Assembly: GCF_000737315.1 (NCBI RefSeq)
Contig: NZ_JMCB01000002.1
Span: 310,001-374,000, forward strand
Reading direction: 5' to 3'
Source: Hyalangium minutum
GTDB lineage: Bacteria > Myxococcota > Myxococcia > Myxococcales > Myxococcaceae
DNA: 64,000 nt
Numbering within the stretch: the stretch's first letter is position 1; the number at the start of each line of letters is the position of its first letter. Positions 27,501 to 37,168 of this stretch are shown here, one piece after another. The notes beneath the pieces are model-generated. The model ran no database searches. It saw only the letters and a program-made list of their open reading frames with translations, and had not been told where the DNA came from. The translations under genes and the position numbers were made by a program.

Positions 27501-28822
27501 GCGACGACAAGGTGAAGACGTTGGAGGTGAGGCGGAGCTCGCGGCTGTCGGGCTTCTACCAGCAGACACCGGAGCGGCGGCGCGCCCGGCTGGTGGAGGC
27601 ACGCTGGCTGGCCCCCGAGGAGGCCGAGGCCTGTGAGGGACTCGGTGGCTTCGACGAGGCGTGCGCGGACGCCATGGTGGAGAACGTCATCGGCCTGCAT
27701 GGCCTGCCGCTCGGCGTGGCACTCAACTTCGTGGTGAACGGCAAGGACCGGCTGGTGCCCATGGCCGTGGAGGAGCCCTCCATCATCGCCGCGGCCTCCT
27801 ACGCGGCCCGGCTGTCCGCCGAGGGCGGCGGCTTCACCGTGGAGGCCGAGCCCCCCATCACCACCGCGCAGGTGCAGCTGCTGGAGGTGCCTCTGCTCGA
27901 GAGGGCACGGGAGCAGCTGCTGGCCCGGGCCGAGGAAGTGCTGGCCGAGGCCAACGCGAAGATGCCGGCCATGGTTGCTCGGGGCGGCGGGGCCCGCGAG
28001 CTGGAGGTGCGCGTGCTGGACGCCACCACCCTCGTGGTGCACCTGCACGTGGACACGCGCGATGCCATGGGGGCCAACCTCGTCAACTCGCTGGCGGAGG
28101 ACCTGGCGCCCCTGCTGGCGCTCATCTCCGGCGGCCGGGCGGGGCTGAAGATCCTCACCAACCTGGCGGATCGCCGGAAGGTGAAGGTGCTCACCCGGGT
28201 GCCCTCGCGCGCGCTGAGCTCGGAGCGCTTCCCGGATGGCGACGCGGTGCGGGATGCCATCCTCGAGGCCCAGCGCTTCGCGGAGCTGGATGTGTACCGG
28301 GCCGTCACCCACAACAAGGGCGTGATGAACGGCGTGGACGCGGTGCTCGTGGCCTGCGGCAACGATTGGCGCGCGGTGGAGGCTGGGGCGCACGCATACG
28401 CGGCACGCCAGGGGGGATACCGGCCGCTCACCTCGTGGTGGGGGGGACCGGATGGTGAGCTGTGCGGCTCGCTGGAGCTGCCGCTGGCCACCTCCACGGC
28501 CGGCGGTGCGGCGCGTGCGCATCCAGGAGTGCAGCGGGCGCTGAAGCTGGCGGGTGTCTCGGGGGCGGTGGATCTGGCGGGGCTCGCGGCGGCGGCGGGG
28601 CTCGCCACCAACCTGTCGGCGCTCAAGGCGCTGTCCACCGAGGGAATCCAGAAGGGACACATGTCGCTGCACGCACGGCGTGTGGCGGCCGAGGCCGGCG
28701 CCAGCGGAGAGTTGGTGGGCATCGTCGCGGAGCGGCTGTCGAGCGAGCGCGTGTACCGGCCCGAGCGGGCGCGGGAGCTCCTCGCGGCGGAGGTGGCTCA
28801 TCGGAAGGGGGTCCGGCGATGA
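27497..28822 (+). CDS. mvaA: Class II HMG-CoA reductase
   Basis: ENVIG, AVEEPS, DAMGAN, HNKGVMNG, GIQKGHMSLH; ATGA overlaps at both ends. Confidence 0.92.
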   Translation: MSDDKVKTLEVRRSSRLSGFYQQTPERRRARLVEARWLAPEEAEACEGLGGFDEACADAMVENVIGLHGLPLGVALNFVVNGKDRLVPMAVEEPSIIAAASYAARLSAEGGGFTVEAEPPITTAQVQLLEVPLLERAREQLLARAEEVLAEANAKMPAMVARGGGARELEVRVLDATTLVVHLHVDTRDAMGANLVNSLAEDLAPLLALISGGRAGLKILTNLADRRKVKVLTRVPSRALSSERFPDGDAVRDAILEAQRFAELDVYRAVTHNKGVMNGVDAVLVACGNDWRAVEAGAHAYAARQGGYRPLTSWWGGPDGELCGSLELPLATSTAGGAARAHPGVQRALKLAGVSGAVDLAGLAAAAGLATNLSALKALSTEGIQKGHMSLHARRVAAEAGASGELVGIVAERLSSERVYRPERARELLAAEVAHRKGVRR

Positions 28823-30282
28823 GGCGCACCCGGGTGGCGGTCATCGGCGGTGGCATCGGCGGGCTGACGGCCGCCGGGCTGTTGGCCAAGGAAGGCCATG
28901 AGGTGACCCTCTTCGAGAAGGGGGCCACGCTGGGCGGCAAGGCGCAGTCCATCACGATGGAGGGTGTGACGCTGGACACCGGCCCCACGCTGCTGACGCT
29001 GCCGGCCCTGGTGCGCGGCACCTTCGAGCGGCTGGACGCGTTGGACTTGCTGCCGCCCTTCACGGAGCTGGAGCCCCAGTGCGTGTACCGCTTCGCGGAC
29101 GGCTGTGGCTTCACCGCATATAAGGATGTGGAGCGCACGGCGGAGAGCGCCGCCGAGCTGCGCCGCAGCGAGCGCCGGGGCGTCGTCTCCTTCTATGAGG
29201 AGGCCGAGGCCATCTACAAGGCGGCGGGCGAGCCGTATCTGGAGGCCCCCTTCGAGGGCATGGCGGGCTTCATGACGCGGGTGGCCCGGCGCGGCGTGGG
29301 AGCCGTGCTGGCGGGCATGCGGCTCAACACGCTGCACGAGCTGGCCGAGAAGCACTTCAAGACCGACCACATGCGGCAGTTCGTGGGGCGCTTCGCCACG
29401 TACACAGGGGCCTCGCCCTACGAGGCGAGTGCGGCGTTCGCGCTCATCCCGCACATCGAGCGGGCGTACGGCACGCACCATGTCCAGGGAGGCATCGGCG
29501 CACTGGTGGAGGCGCTGGGGCGGGCCGTGCAGCGGCTGGGCGTCACCGTGCAGCTGAACGTAGCCGCGTGCTACGAGCGCGAGGCCCGCAGTGGCTACCG
29601 CGTGGGCCCCCAGGGCGCGGCGGAGTTCTTCGACAGCGTGGTGGTGAATGCCGATCCGCTGGCGTCGCTCCGGCGCGAGGGAGAGCCGCTGGCGCTGTCC
29701 GGCTATGTGCTGCTGCTGGAGGTGGATGGGCGCCCACCCGTGCCTCACCACACCGTGCTCTTCAGCCCCGACTATCGCCGCGAGTTCGAGGAGCTGTTCT
29801 CCGGGCGGCTGGCGAATGACCCGACGGTGTACCTCTGCAACCCCTCGGCGACGGACAGCACCGTGGTGCCGCCGGGGCGCACGGGGCTGTTCGCCATGGT
29901 GAACGCGCCGCCTCTGCCCACCCAGGGGCCCGAGTCCGAGCGCGCCGCCGCCGCGTGGGAGCTGAACGCCGAGCGCACCAAGGCGCAGATCCTCGAGCGG
30001 CTGACCTCTCAGTTCCCGGTGCTCAAGGGCCGCGTGCGAGTCCTGGGGCAGCGCACGCCGGTGGACCTCGCGGCGCAGGGTGCACCCGGGGGCTCCATCT
30101 ATGGCTTCCTGCCGCATGGGAAGTTCGGCCCGTTCCGCCGTCCGAGGATCCGCGGCAACACGCCAGGTCTGTTCTTCGCGGGCGGAGGCACGCACCCGGG
30201 CGGCGGGGTGCCGCTGGTGATGCTCTCCGGGAGCTTCGCCGCGGAGATGGCGTCCGCCCACCTGAAAGGAGCCGTGGCATGA
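28819..30282 (+). CDS. crtD: Hydroxyneurosporene desaturase
   Basis: Second CrtI-family FAD enzyme (IGGGIGGL, DTGPT, GGTHPGGGVP) upstream of crtC. Confidence 0.85.
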   Translation: MRRTRVAVIGGGIGGLTAAGLLAKEGHEVTLFEKGATLGGKAQSITMEGVTLDTGPTLLTLPALVRGTFERLDALDLLPPFTELEPQCVYRFADGCGFTAYKDVERTAESAAELRRSERRGVVSFYEEAEAIYKAAGEPYLEAPFEGMAGFMTRVARRGVGAVLAGMRLNTLHELAEKHFKTDHMRQFVGRFATYTGASPYEASAAFALIPHIERAYGTHHVQGGIGALVEALGRAVQRLGVTVQLNVAACYEREARSGYRVGPQGAAEFFDSVVVNADPLASLRREGEPLALSGYVLLLEVDGRPPVPHHTVLFSPDYRREFEELFSGRLANDPTVYLCNPSATDSTVVPPGRTGLFAMVNAPPLPTQGPESERAAAAWELNAERTKAQILERLTSQFPVLKGRVRVLGQRTPVDLAAQGAPGGSIYGFLPHGKFGPFRRPRIRGNTPGLFFAGGGTHPGGGVPLVMLSGSFAAEMASAHLKGAVA

Positions 30283-31199
30283 GCGCGCTGCCCGAGCTGC
30301 CGTCCCTGCCCTGCGAGCCGGGTGCCTACCGCTGGTACTACGCGGACGTCACCGCAGGCGAGCACAGCGCCGTGTTCATCTTCATGGTGGGCTCGCTGTT
30401 CTCCCCGCGCTACTCGGTGGCGGCGCGGCGCGGCGGACTGCCTCGGGAGCACTGCGCGGTGAACTTCGCCCTGTACCACCGGGGCGTGCGGCGGCACTGG
30501 GTGCTCAGCGAGTACCCACTCATGGAGCAGGAGTCTCCGCACTGCCTGCGCATCGGCCGCTCGACGATTCGTTACGAGGGCGGCGGGGTTCGCATGGAGG
30601 TGGATGAGCGCACGGCGCCCTGGGGCCGGCCGGTGCGGGCACGCCTGATGCTGGAGCCGATGACCCCTTTGGGGGATGAGGTACAGCTGGTGCCGGGCCT
30701 GCCGCACTGGTGGCAGCCGATGGCGCCTCGGTCCCGGGCCTGGTTGCAGGTGGACTCCGAGGGCCTGGAGGCCGAGGGGCTGGGCTACCACGACACCAAC
30801 CACGGCGGAGAGCAGCTGGGCGCCCGGCTGAGCGGGTGGCACTGGTCGCGCACACACGGTGAGCACGAGACGGTGGTGGACTACGTGCTGCCCTCCGGTG
30901 TGGCTCCGGTGCGCGTGACGGCCGGAGCCGAAGGCCTCCACTGCGAGCGCGGGGGTGGCACCGAGGTCCTGCCTACGGAGCGCACGGCCTGGGGGCTGCG
31001 CGTGCCTCGGCACCTGCGCGCGGGGAACACGGTGGTGGGCGAGCCCCGGCTGCTGGAGTCCTCGCCCTTCTATGCGCGGGTGGAGGCGCGCCACGCCGGG
31101 CTGGACACGCTGGGCGAGGTGGCGGACTTCCGCCGCTTCCACTCGCCGTTGATTCGCTGGATGGCGCACTTCCGCACGCGGGTGGAGGGAGCGCCATGA
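30279..31199 (+). CDS. crtC: Carotenoid 1,2-hydratase
   Basis: YRWYYAD, FMVGSLFSPRY, YHDTNHG, WHWSR motifs. Confidence 0.85.
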   Translation: MSALPELPSLPCEPGAYRWYYADVTAGEHSAVFIFMVGSLFSPRYSVAARRGGLPREHCAVNFALYHRGVRRHWVLSEYPLMEQESPHCLRIGRSTIRYEGGGVRMEVDERTAPWGRPVRARLMLEPMTPLGDEVQLVPGLPHWWQPMAPRSRAWLQVDSEGLEAEGLGYHDTNHGGEQLGARLSGWHWSRTHGEHETVVDYVLPSGVAPVRVTAGAEGLHCERGGGTEVLPTERTAWGLRVPRHLRAGNTVVGEPRLLESSPFYARVEARHAGLDTLGEVADFRRFHSPLIRWMAHFRTRVEGAP

Positions 31200-32314
31200 G
31201 CCCATGGGTGATGCTGGGGCTGGGCTGGGCCACGATGGCCACGGGCTTCAGCGCGGTGGCGCTGGGCAGGCTGCTGCGGACCCGCCGCGCGCCGGTGGCG
31301 AGCACGCGAGTCCCGGTGCTGCTGCTCCGGCCGGTGGATGCTCCCACGGCGCGGGAGCTGGAGAACCTGGCGCGCCCGGTGGACTACGCGGGTGCGCTGG
31401 AGCAGGTGGTGGTGTCTCCGTTCCGGCCTCCGCTGGCGCCCGAGGTGCGGTGGCTGCCGAGCGATCCGCCCACGCCGAACCGCAAGGTGGGGCACCTGCT
31501 GTACGCGCTGGAGGTGTTGCCCACGCAGGGAAGGGTGGTGCTGGCGGTGGACGCGGACGTGGAGGTGACGGGAGCGCTGGTGGAGTCGCTGGCCGCGCCA
31601 GTGGCTGCGGGAGCGGCGCTGAGCACGGCGGCCCCCACACCGGTGGGTGTGCGCGGCGTGGTGGCCTGGGCCGTGGCGGGGCTGCTGCGGCACAGCCACC
31701 ACAGCTTCCGCGCGTTGCATGCGATGAGCGCGGGGGCCAAGGCCGTGTGTGGCAAGGCGCTCGGGCTGTCTCCCGTGGCGGTGGAGGAGCTGCGCGGACT
31801 GGGAGACCACATTGGGGAGGACCTCGAGCTGGCCAAGCGGCTGCACGCCCGTGGCGCCGAGGTGGCCCTGGCCGAGGAGCCCGCACGGGTGCCCCTGGAG
31901 CCCATGCACTCCTGGCGGCCAGCGCTGGAGCGATTCACCCGGTGGATGCAGGTGTTGGCGAGCCACCGGCCAGGGCTGTACCCCACGGTGCCGCTGCTGT
32001 TCACTCCGACGCTCCCCTTGGGAGCGCTGGCGCTGGTGTTGGGCTCGTGGGAGCTGGGGATGGCGACAGGAATCCTGGGAGGCGTTCGCACGCTCCTGTC
32101 ATGGCGGCTCACGGCGCTCACAAGGTCCGAAGGTTCGCGGGACTTCGCCACCGCGACAGGGGCCTGGCTGTTGGGGGAGGCGTTGCTGCTGGCGGCGTTC
32201 CTGCGCTCCCTGGGGCAGGCGGGCACCGTCACCTGGCGCGGGCGCACCTACGCGCTCGAGCCGGGCGGGCGGATGACGCCCGTGTGGCCCGAGCTCAGCG
32301 GAGGTCCGGGATGA
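31196..32314 (+). CDS. Carotenoid glycosyltransferase (GT2/GT21-like)
   Basis: NRKVGHL, DAD, IGEDLEL, RWMQV; position equivalent to M. xanthus orf6. Confidence 0.8.
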   Translation: MSPWVMLGLGWATMATGFSAVALGRLLRTRRAPVASTRVPVLLLRPVDAPTARELENLARPVDYAGALEQVVVSPFRPPLAPEVRWLPSDPPTPNRKVGHLLYALEVLPTQGRVVLAVDADVEVTGALVESLAAPVAAGAALSTAAPTPVGVRGVVAWAVAGLLRHSHHSFRALHAMSAGAKAVCGKALGLSPVAVEELRGLGDHIGEDLELAKRLHARGAEVALAEEPARVPLEPMHSWRPALERFTRWMQVLASHRPGLYPTVPLLFTPTLPLGALALVLGSWELGMATGILGGVRTLLSWRLTALTRSEGSRDFATATGAWLLGEALLLAAFLRSLGQAGTVTWRGRTYALEPGGRMTPVWPELSGGPG

Positions 32315-32619
32315 CGTACGCGCGCTTCCTCGGGCTGTTCGTGGTCCTGCCCATCCTCTTCCTGGTGGTGCGCTACCGGAAGACGCTCACGGCCCGCGCC
32401 CTGGCGCCGCTGGGACTGCTGCTCATCGTCGTCTACGCCGCCACCTCGCCCTGGGACAACCTGGCGGTGAAGTGGGGCCTGTGGGGCTTCGACCCGGAGC
32501 GCATCTGGGGCATCAAGCTCGGGTACCTGCCGCTGGAGGAGTACCTCTTCTTCGGGCTGCAGACGCTGCTGGTGGGCTTGTGGGCGCGCGCGCGCCTGGC
32601 CCGGGTGGTGCCCCCATGA
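32311..32619 (+). CDS. crtYc: Lycopene cyclase, heterodimeric subunit
   Basis: Small membrane protein with PWDN...W.F...PLEEY.FF. Confidence 0.85.
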   Translation: MTYARFLGLFVVLPILFLVVRYRKTLTARALAPLGLLLIVVYAATSPWDNLAVKWGLWGFDPERIWGIKLGYLPLEEYLFFGLQTLLVGLWARARLARVVPP

Positions 32620-32972
32620 GCGAGCTGATGGAGTCGCGCTGGGCCTACCTCATCCACCTCGTGGCGTGGGCGCTGCCCGTCATCCTCGTGCAGCTGGCGG
32701 CCCTGGTGCACCACTATAAGGAGCGCTCGGGCGCGGTGCTCAAGGCCGTGCTGCCGCCTGCCTTCATCGTCGGCACCTACCTCTCGCTGGCGGACCACCT
32801 GGCCATCTCCGCCGGCATCTGGAACTTCGGCGAGGGCAAGCACCTGGGCGTCTACGTGGGCGCGGTGCCCCTGGAGGAGGTGCTCTTCTTCCTGATGACG
32901 AGCCTGCTCGTCTCGTTGGGAGTGGCCCTGTTCACGGCGGTGCTGCGGCGGAAGGAGGCGGAGGCGCCGTGA
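32616..32972 (+). CDS. crtYd: Lycopene cyclase, heterodimeric subunit
   Basis: Small membrane protein with DHLAI..GIW.F...PLEE.LFF. Confidence 0.85.
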   Translation: MSELMESRWAYLIHLVAWALPVILVQLAALVHHYKERSGAVLKAVLPPAFIVGTYLSLADHLAISAGIWNFGEGKHLGVYVGAVPLEEVLFFLMTSLLVSLGVALFTAVLRRKEAEAP

Positions 32973-33646
32973 TTCAGGCGGCCAAAGGAGGCCCGCTGGG
33001 CTGGTTGTGGGATCGGTACGTGGGCTGGAAGTTCCGGTCCGCCTTCCGAGGCCTGTGGGTGCGGGGCACGCTGCCCACGGGGGACGGGGCCCGGCTCGTC
33101 TACGTGAACCACACCAACTGGTGGGACGGCTTCGTGCTGCACCAGCTCGGGCAGGTGGCGGGGTGGGACGCGTACTGCCTCATGGAGGAGAAGAACCTGC
33201 GCCGCTACCGCTTCCTGTCCCGCATCGGCGCCTTCAGCATCCGCCCGGGCGAGCCGGACTCCGCCCTGGAGTCCCTGCGCTACGCGCGCCAGCTGCTGCG
33301 CCAGCCCCGCGCCGCCGTGTGCCTCTTTCCCGAGGGCGAGCTGCGTCCCTTTGGCGTGGTGCCCATGCGGCTGCAGCGCGGCGTGGAGCTGCTGGCCCGC
33401 GCGGGCAAGGCGGAGTGTGTGCCGGTGGCCCTTCGCTACACCTTCTTCGAGCACGAGCGGCCGGATGTGCTCGTGGAGGTGGGCACGCCCCATGCGGCGG
33501 GCCCGCTGGAGCTGTTCCAGCAGCGCCTGGAGGCCGTGGTGGACCGGGTGGCGATGGCCTCCGACCTCGAGGGCTTCACCCAGCAGGTGCGCGGCGGCAC
33601 CGGCGTGGCCGAGCGCTGGGACGCGGTGAGGGGAGTGCGGGCATGA
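32969..33646 (+). CDS. Acyltransferase (PlsC family), carotenoid ester formation
   Basis: NHTNWWD (HxxxxD), FPEG. Confidence 0.88.
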   Translation: MIQAAKGGPLGWLWDRYVGWKFRSAFRGLWVRGTLPTGDGARLVYVNHTNWWDGFVLHQLGQVAGWDAYCLMEEKNLRRYRFLSRIGAFSIRPGEPDSALESLRYARQLLRQPRAAVCLFPEGELRPFGVVPMRLQRGVELLARAGKAECVPVALRYTFFEHERPDVLVEVGTPHAAGPLELFQQRLEAVVDRVAMASDLEGFTQQVRGGTGVAERWDAVRGVRA

Positions 33647-34506
33647 CGCTGCGCATCCGCACCATCGCCCGGCTCACCGGCATCCGCGAGGCCACCCTGC
33701 GCGCCTGGGAGCGCCGCCACGGCTTCCCCCGCCCCAGCCGCAGCGAGCACAACAATTACCGCTCCTACTCGCGCGAGGAGGTGGAGAACATCCGCCGCGT
33801 GGCCAAGCTCATCGCTGACGGGCTCTCCGTGAGCGAGGCCATTGCCCAGGTGCAGGCCACCCCCGTGCAGGCGCTGCCTCGCGGCGAGCGCCTCTCCGAG
33901 CGCTTCTGGTCCGCGGTGATGATGATGGACGCGGAAGCCGTACGCCGCGTGCTGGACGAGGCGCAGGCCTCCATGGAGGTGGAAGTCTACTGCAACGGCT
34001 TCCTCATGCCGCTCTTGCGCGAGATGGGGATGCGGCTGGACGTCGCCCGCGAGCACATGGCTTCGGCGCTCATCCGCCAGCGGCTCATCGGCCTGCTCAA
34101 CGCGGAGGAGCCGCGGACCGGCGGGCCGCACGTGGTGCTGGCCTGCCCCGCGCAGGATCACCACGAGGGTGGGCTGCTCGCACTGGGACTGCAGCTCAAG
34201 CGCCGCGGCTGGCGGGTGACGATGCTGGGCGCGGACACTCCGGCCGAGGCACTTCACAGCGCGTGCGCGCAATTGTCACCAGAGATGGTGGCGCTCTCCT
34301 TCGTCCGCCGCAGGGAGCCCGAGGAGCTGGCCACGGTGCTGGGCGAGGCGGTGCGCGCCTGCGCCCCGGCGCGTGTGGTGGTGGGCGGACCGGGCGCTCG
34401 TGAGCATTTGAAGACCATTTTTTCGTTGGGCGCGCAGTATGCTGAGTCCGCCGATGAGCTGCTGGCCTTGTGGCAACAGGCTCGCGGTGTACAGACTCGG
34501 ACCTGA
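33643..34506 (+). CDS. carA: MerR-type carotenoid repressor CarA
   Basis: MTLRIRTIARLTGIREATLRAWERR; B12-binding-like domain lacking the Wx9EH Trp. Confidence 0.9.
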   Translation: MTLRIRTIARLTGIREATLRAWERRHGFPRPSRSEHNNYRSYSREEVENIRRVAKLIADGLSVSEAIAQVQATPVQALPRGERLSERFWSAVMMMDAEAVRRVLDEAQASMEVEVYCNGFLMPLLREMGMRLDVAREHMASALIRQRLIGLLNAEEPRTGGPHVVLACPAQDHHEGGLLALGLQLKRRGWRVTMLGADTPAEALHSACAQLSPEMVALSFVRRREPEELATVLGEAVRACAPARVVVGGPGAREHLKTIFSLGAQYAESADELLALWQQARGVQTRT

Positions 34507-34515
34507 GCCCCATGA

Positions 34516-35409
34516 ATGCCTGAGCGTACCTACCGCATTCACATCGCCTCCGCGCTCTCCGGCGTCCGCGTGGAGCTGATCCGCGCCTGGGAGCGCCGCT
34601 ACGGCTTTCCGCGCCCTCAGCGCACCTCCTCGGGCTACCGCGTCTACACCCAGCAGGACGTGGCGTTGCTCAAGCAGCTCAAGCAGCTCACCGAGGAGGG
34701 GGTGGCCATCCGCGAGGCGATGAAGATGCTGCCTCAGCTCCAGCGGAAGGTCGCCGAGATGGGCGAGGCGCCCCTGAGCGAGGTGAGCGTCACGAGTCTG
34801 GAGAGCTGGCGCTCGGCGCTGATCGCCGCGGCCGAGGCGCATGATCAGGTGCGGGTGGGCGCCGTGCTGGACGAGGTGCTGAGCGCGCTGCCCCCGCTCA
34901 AGGCCTTCGACGAGGTGCTCGCGCCAGTGCAGCGCGAGGTGGGCGACCGCTGGCACGCGGGCCGGATGACGGTGGTGCAGGAGCACCTCGTCTCCGAGGT
35001 GGTGCGCGCCCGGCTGGTGGGCCTGCTGCACGCCGCGCCCGAGAACGAGGCGGCCCAGCACGCTGTGCTCGCGTGCTTCCCGGAGGAGCTGCACGAGCTG
35101 GGCTTGCTGGGCTTGGCGCTGCGGCTGCGGCATGCGGGCCGGCGGGTGACGCTGCTGGGACAGCGCGTGCCGCCAGCGGACCTCGGGAAGCTGGTGGCCA
35201 AGCTCCGGCCGGACCTCGTGGGGCTGTCCGCGGTGACGAACTCGGGCTCGGACTCCTTCGAGGCCGCGCTGAAGCAGCTGCTCGAGGCGCTCCCGCGCGG
35301 AGTCCTCATCTGGGTGGGCGGTGCCTCGGCGATGGCCCATGCGGACATCTGCGAGCGGCTGGGAGCCCGCGTCTTTCGCACCGGCGACGACTGGGCCGCG
35401 CTGCTATAA
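34516..35409 (+). CDS. carH: AdoB12-dependent photoreceptor/repressor CarH
   Basis: MPERTYRIHIA...IRAWERRY; WHAGRMTVVQEH (Wx9EH) and EELHELG. Confidence 0.9.
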   Translation: MPERTYRIHIASALSGVRVELIRAWERRYGFPRPQRTSSGYRVYTQQDVALLKQLKQLTEEGVAIREAMKMLPQLQRKVAEMGEAPLSEVSVTSLESWRSALIAAAEAHDQVRVGAVLDEVLSALPPLKAFDEVLAPVQREVGDRWHAGRMTVVQEHLVSEVVRARLVGLLHAAPENEAAQHAVLACFPEELHELGLLGLALRLRHAGRRVTLLGQRVPPADLGKLVAKLRPDLVGLSAVTNSGSDSFEAALKQLLEALPRGVLIWVGGASAMAHADICERLGARVFRTGDDWAALL

Positions 35410-35422
35410 TCCCCCTGCTTCC

Positions 35423-36136
35423 ATGACCGACTTCATCGAAGTCCACGACGGCGCGCTGGAGCCTCAGCTCTGCCGCGACATCATCCAGCGCTTCAACCAG
35501 AGCCCTCACGTGCACCGGGGACGCACGGGGCATGGCGTGGACGTGTCCAAGAAGGACAGCTATGACTTGACCCTCAACGTCGTCCCCGAGTGGGAGCCCA
35601 CGCTGCGGCTCCTGCTGGACAAGTCCTTCCCGCCGCTGCGCAGCTACCTGCGCAAGTACCTCTACACGCTCATTGGCGCCCTCTCTCCCTCCATCAAGGA
35701 TCCGAAGACAGGCCAGCTGGTGACGCTCAACGAGCAGAACTTCGCGCAGCTGGGCGACCCGCGCCTCGACGCGCTCGTGGGTAACTTCTACCGCTACGGT
35801 GTCCTCAACGTGCAGAAGTACGTGAAGGGCTCCGGCGGCTACCCGCATTGGCACTCGGAGATCTACCCGAAGGATGCCGACTGCGAGCAGCTGCACCGCG
35901 TGCTGGCGTTCCAGTTCTACTTGAACGACATCTCCGAGGGCGGTGAGACGGAGTTCTACTACCAGCAGCGCAAGGTGGAGTCGAAGGAGGGCCGCATGGT
36001 CATCTTCCCCGCCGGCTTCACGCACACCCACCGCGGCAACGTCCCGCGCTCCGATGACAAGTACATCATCACCTCGTGGGTGCTCTTCCACCGCGCGGAC
36101 CACATCTACCGGAACACCCCGCCGCCTCCGCGCTGA
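35423..36136 (+). CDS. 2OG-Fe(II) oxygenase
   Basis: HWHSE, FYLND..EGGET.F, FP...THTHRG...DKY. Confidence 0.88.
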   Translation: MTDFIEVHDGALEPQLCRDIIQRFNQSPHVHRGRTGHGVDVSKKDSYDLTLNVVPEWEPTLRLLLDKSFPPLRSYLRKYLYTLIGALSPSIKDPKTGQLVTLNEQNFAQLGDPRLDALVGNFYRYGVLNVQKYVKGSGGYPHWHSEIYPKDADCEQLHRVLAFQFYLNDISEGGETEFYYQQRKVESKEGRMVIFPAGFTHTHRGNVPRSDDKYIITSWVLFHRADHIYRNTPPPPR

Positions 36137-36211
36137 GCTCCGACTGATCCAAAGATCAGTCATTGGATGAACATGTGAAATTATACTGGGGATGTATTAA
36201 ATACGGGGCGC

Positions 36212-37168
36212 ATGGGAAGAGGATGGAGCAGCGGGCTCATGCTCCTGCTGGTGGGGTGGGCCGGCTGCACCCCCGCTCCGCAGACGCCACTGGTGATGGG
36301 AACCGTCCCTTGGGTGGGCACGGAGCCGTTCTTCCTGGCGCGAGAGCTGGGGCTGTACCCGGGCCCCGTTCATCTTGTGGAGTACCTCAGCAGCGAGCAG
36401 CAGCTCCGCGCCTTCCAGAATGGCGTCGTCGACGCGGCGAACGTGACGCTGGATGAGGTGCTCAACCTGGATCGGCTGGGGCAGCGGGTGCAGGTGGTGC
36501 TGGTGCTGGACGCCTCGAATGGCGCGGACTGTGTGATGGCGCGGCCCGAGGTGTCCTCTCTGGCGGATCTCCGAGGCCGGAAGGTGGCCTCCGAGGCTGT
36601 GACGCTTCCCACGTACATGCTCGCGCGAGCGCTGGAGCAGGTGGGCCTCCAGCTCCAGGACATTCGGCGAGAGCCCTGGCCCCTGGCGGAGCTCACCGCG
36701 GCGCTGCGCAAGGACGAGGTGGATGCGGTGGTGGCGTTCGAGCCCTACTGCCATCAACTGGAGGCCGAGGGTGCCCGGAAGCTCTTCGACAGCTCGCAGA
36801 TCCCCGGGGAAATCATTGATGTGCTGGCGGTCCGCAAGAGCTCCTTGGAGGACCACCCGGAACAGGTGGATGCGCTGATTCGAGGCTGGCTCTCCGCGCT
36901 CCAGGTTCTCCAGGAGCGCCCCGCGGAGGCGGCGCGGCGGATGGGGCCTCGCGTGGATCTGGATGAGCGCGCGTTCCTGGAGGCGCTCGAGGGGGTACAT
37001 CACCCGAGCCTCGAGGAGCAGCGGCTCCAGCTCATGAGCGAGCGGCCCCTCTTGCAGGACACCATCGAGCGCATGGGCGCCATCATGGTCCAGGAGCAGG
37101 TGCTCCCCGCGCTGCCGGACTCGCGCCTCCTCATCGACACCGCGCCGCTGCGCCGGGTGGCGCCATGA
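36212..37168 (+). CDS. NMT1/SsuA-like substrate-binding lipoprotein
   Basis: Lipobox WAGC; W.G..P..LAR, D.SNGAD, DLRGRKV, EP, PGEIIDV. Confidence 0.85.
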   Translation: MGRGWSSGLMLLLVGWAGCTPAPQTPLVMGTVPWVGTEPFFLARELGLYPGPVHLVEYLSSEQQLRAFQNGVVDAANVTLDEVLNLDRLGQRVQVVLVLDASNGADCVMARPEVSSLADLRGRKVASEAVTLPTYMLARALEQVGLQLQDIRREPWPLAELTAALRKDEVDAVVAFEPYCHQLEAEGARKLFDSSQIPGEIIDVLAVRKSSLEDHPEQVDALIRGWLSALQVLQERPAEAARRMGPRVDLDERAFLEALEGVHHPSLEEQRLQLMSERPLLQDTIERMGAIMVQEQVLPALPDSRLLIDTAPLRRVAP

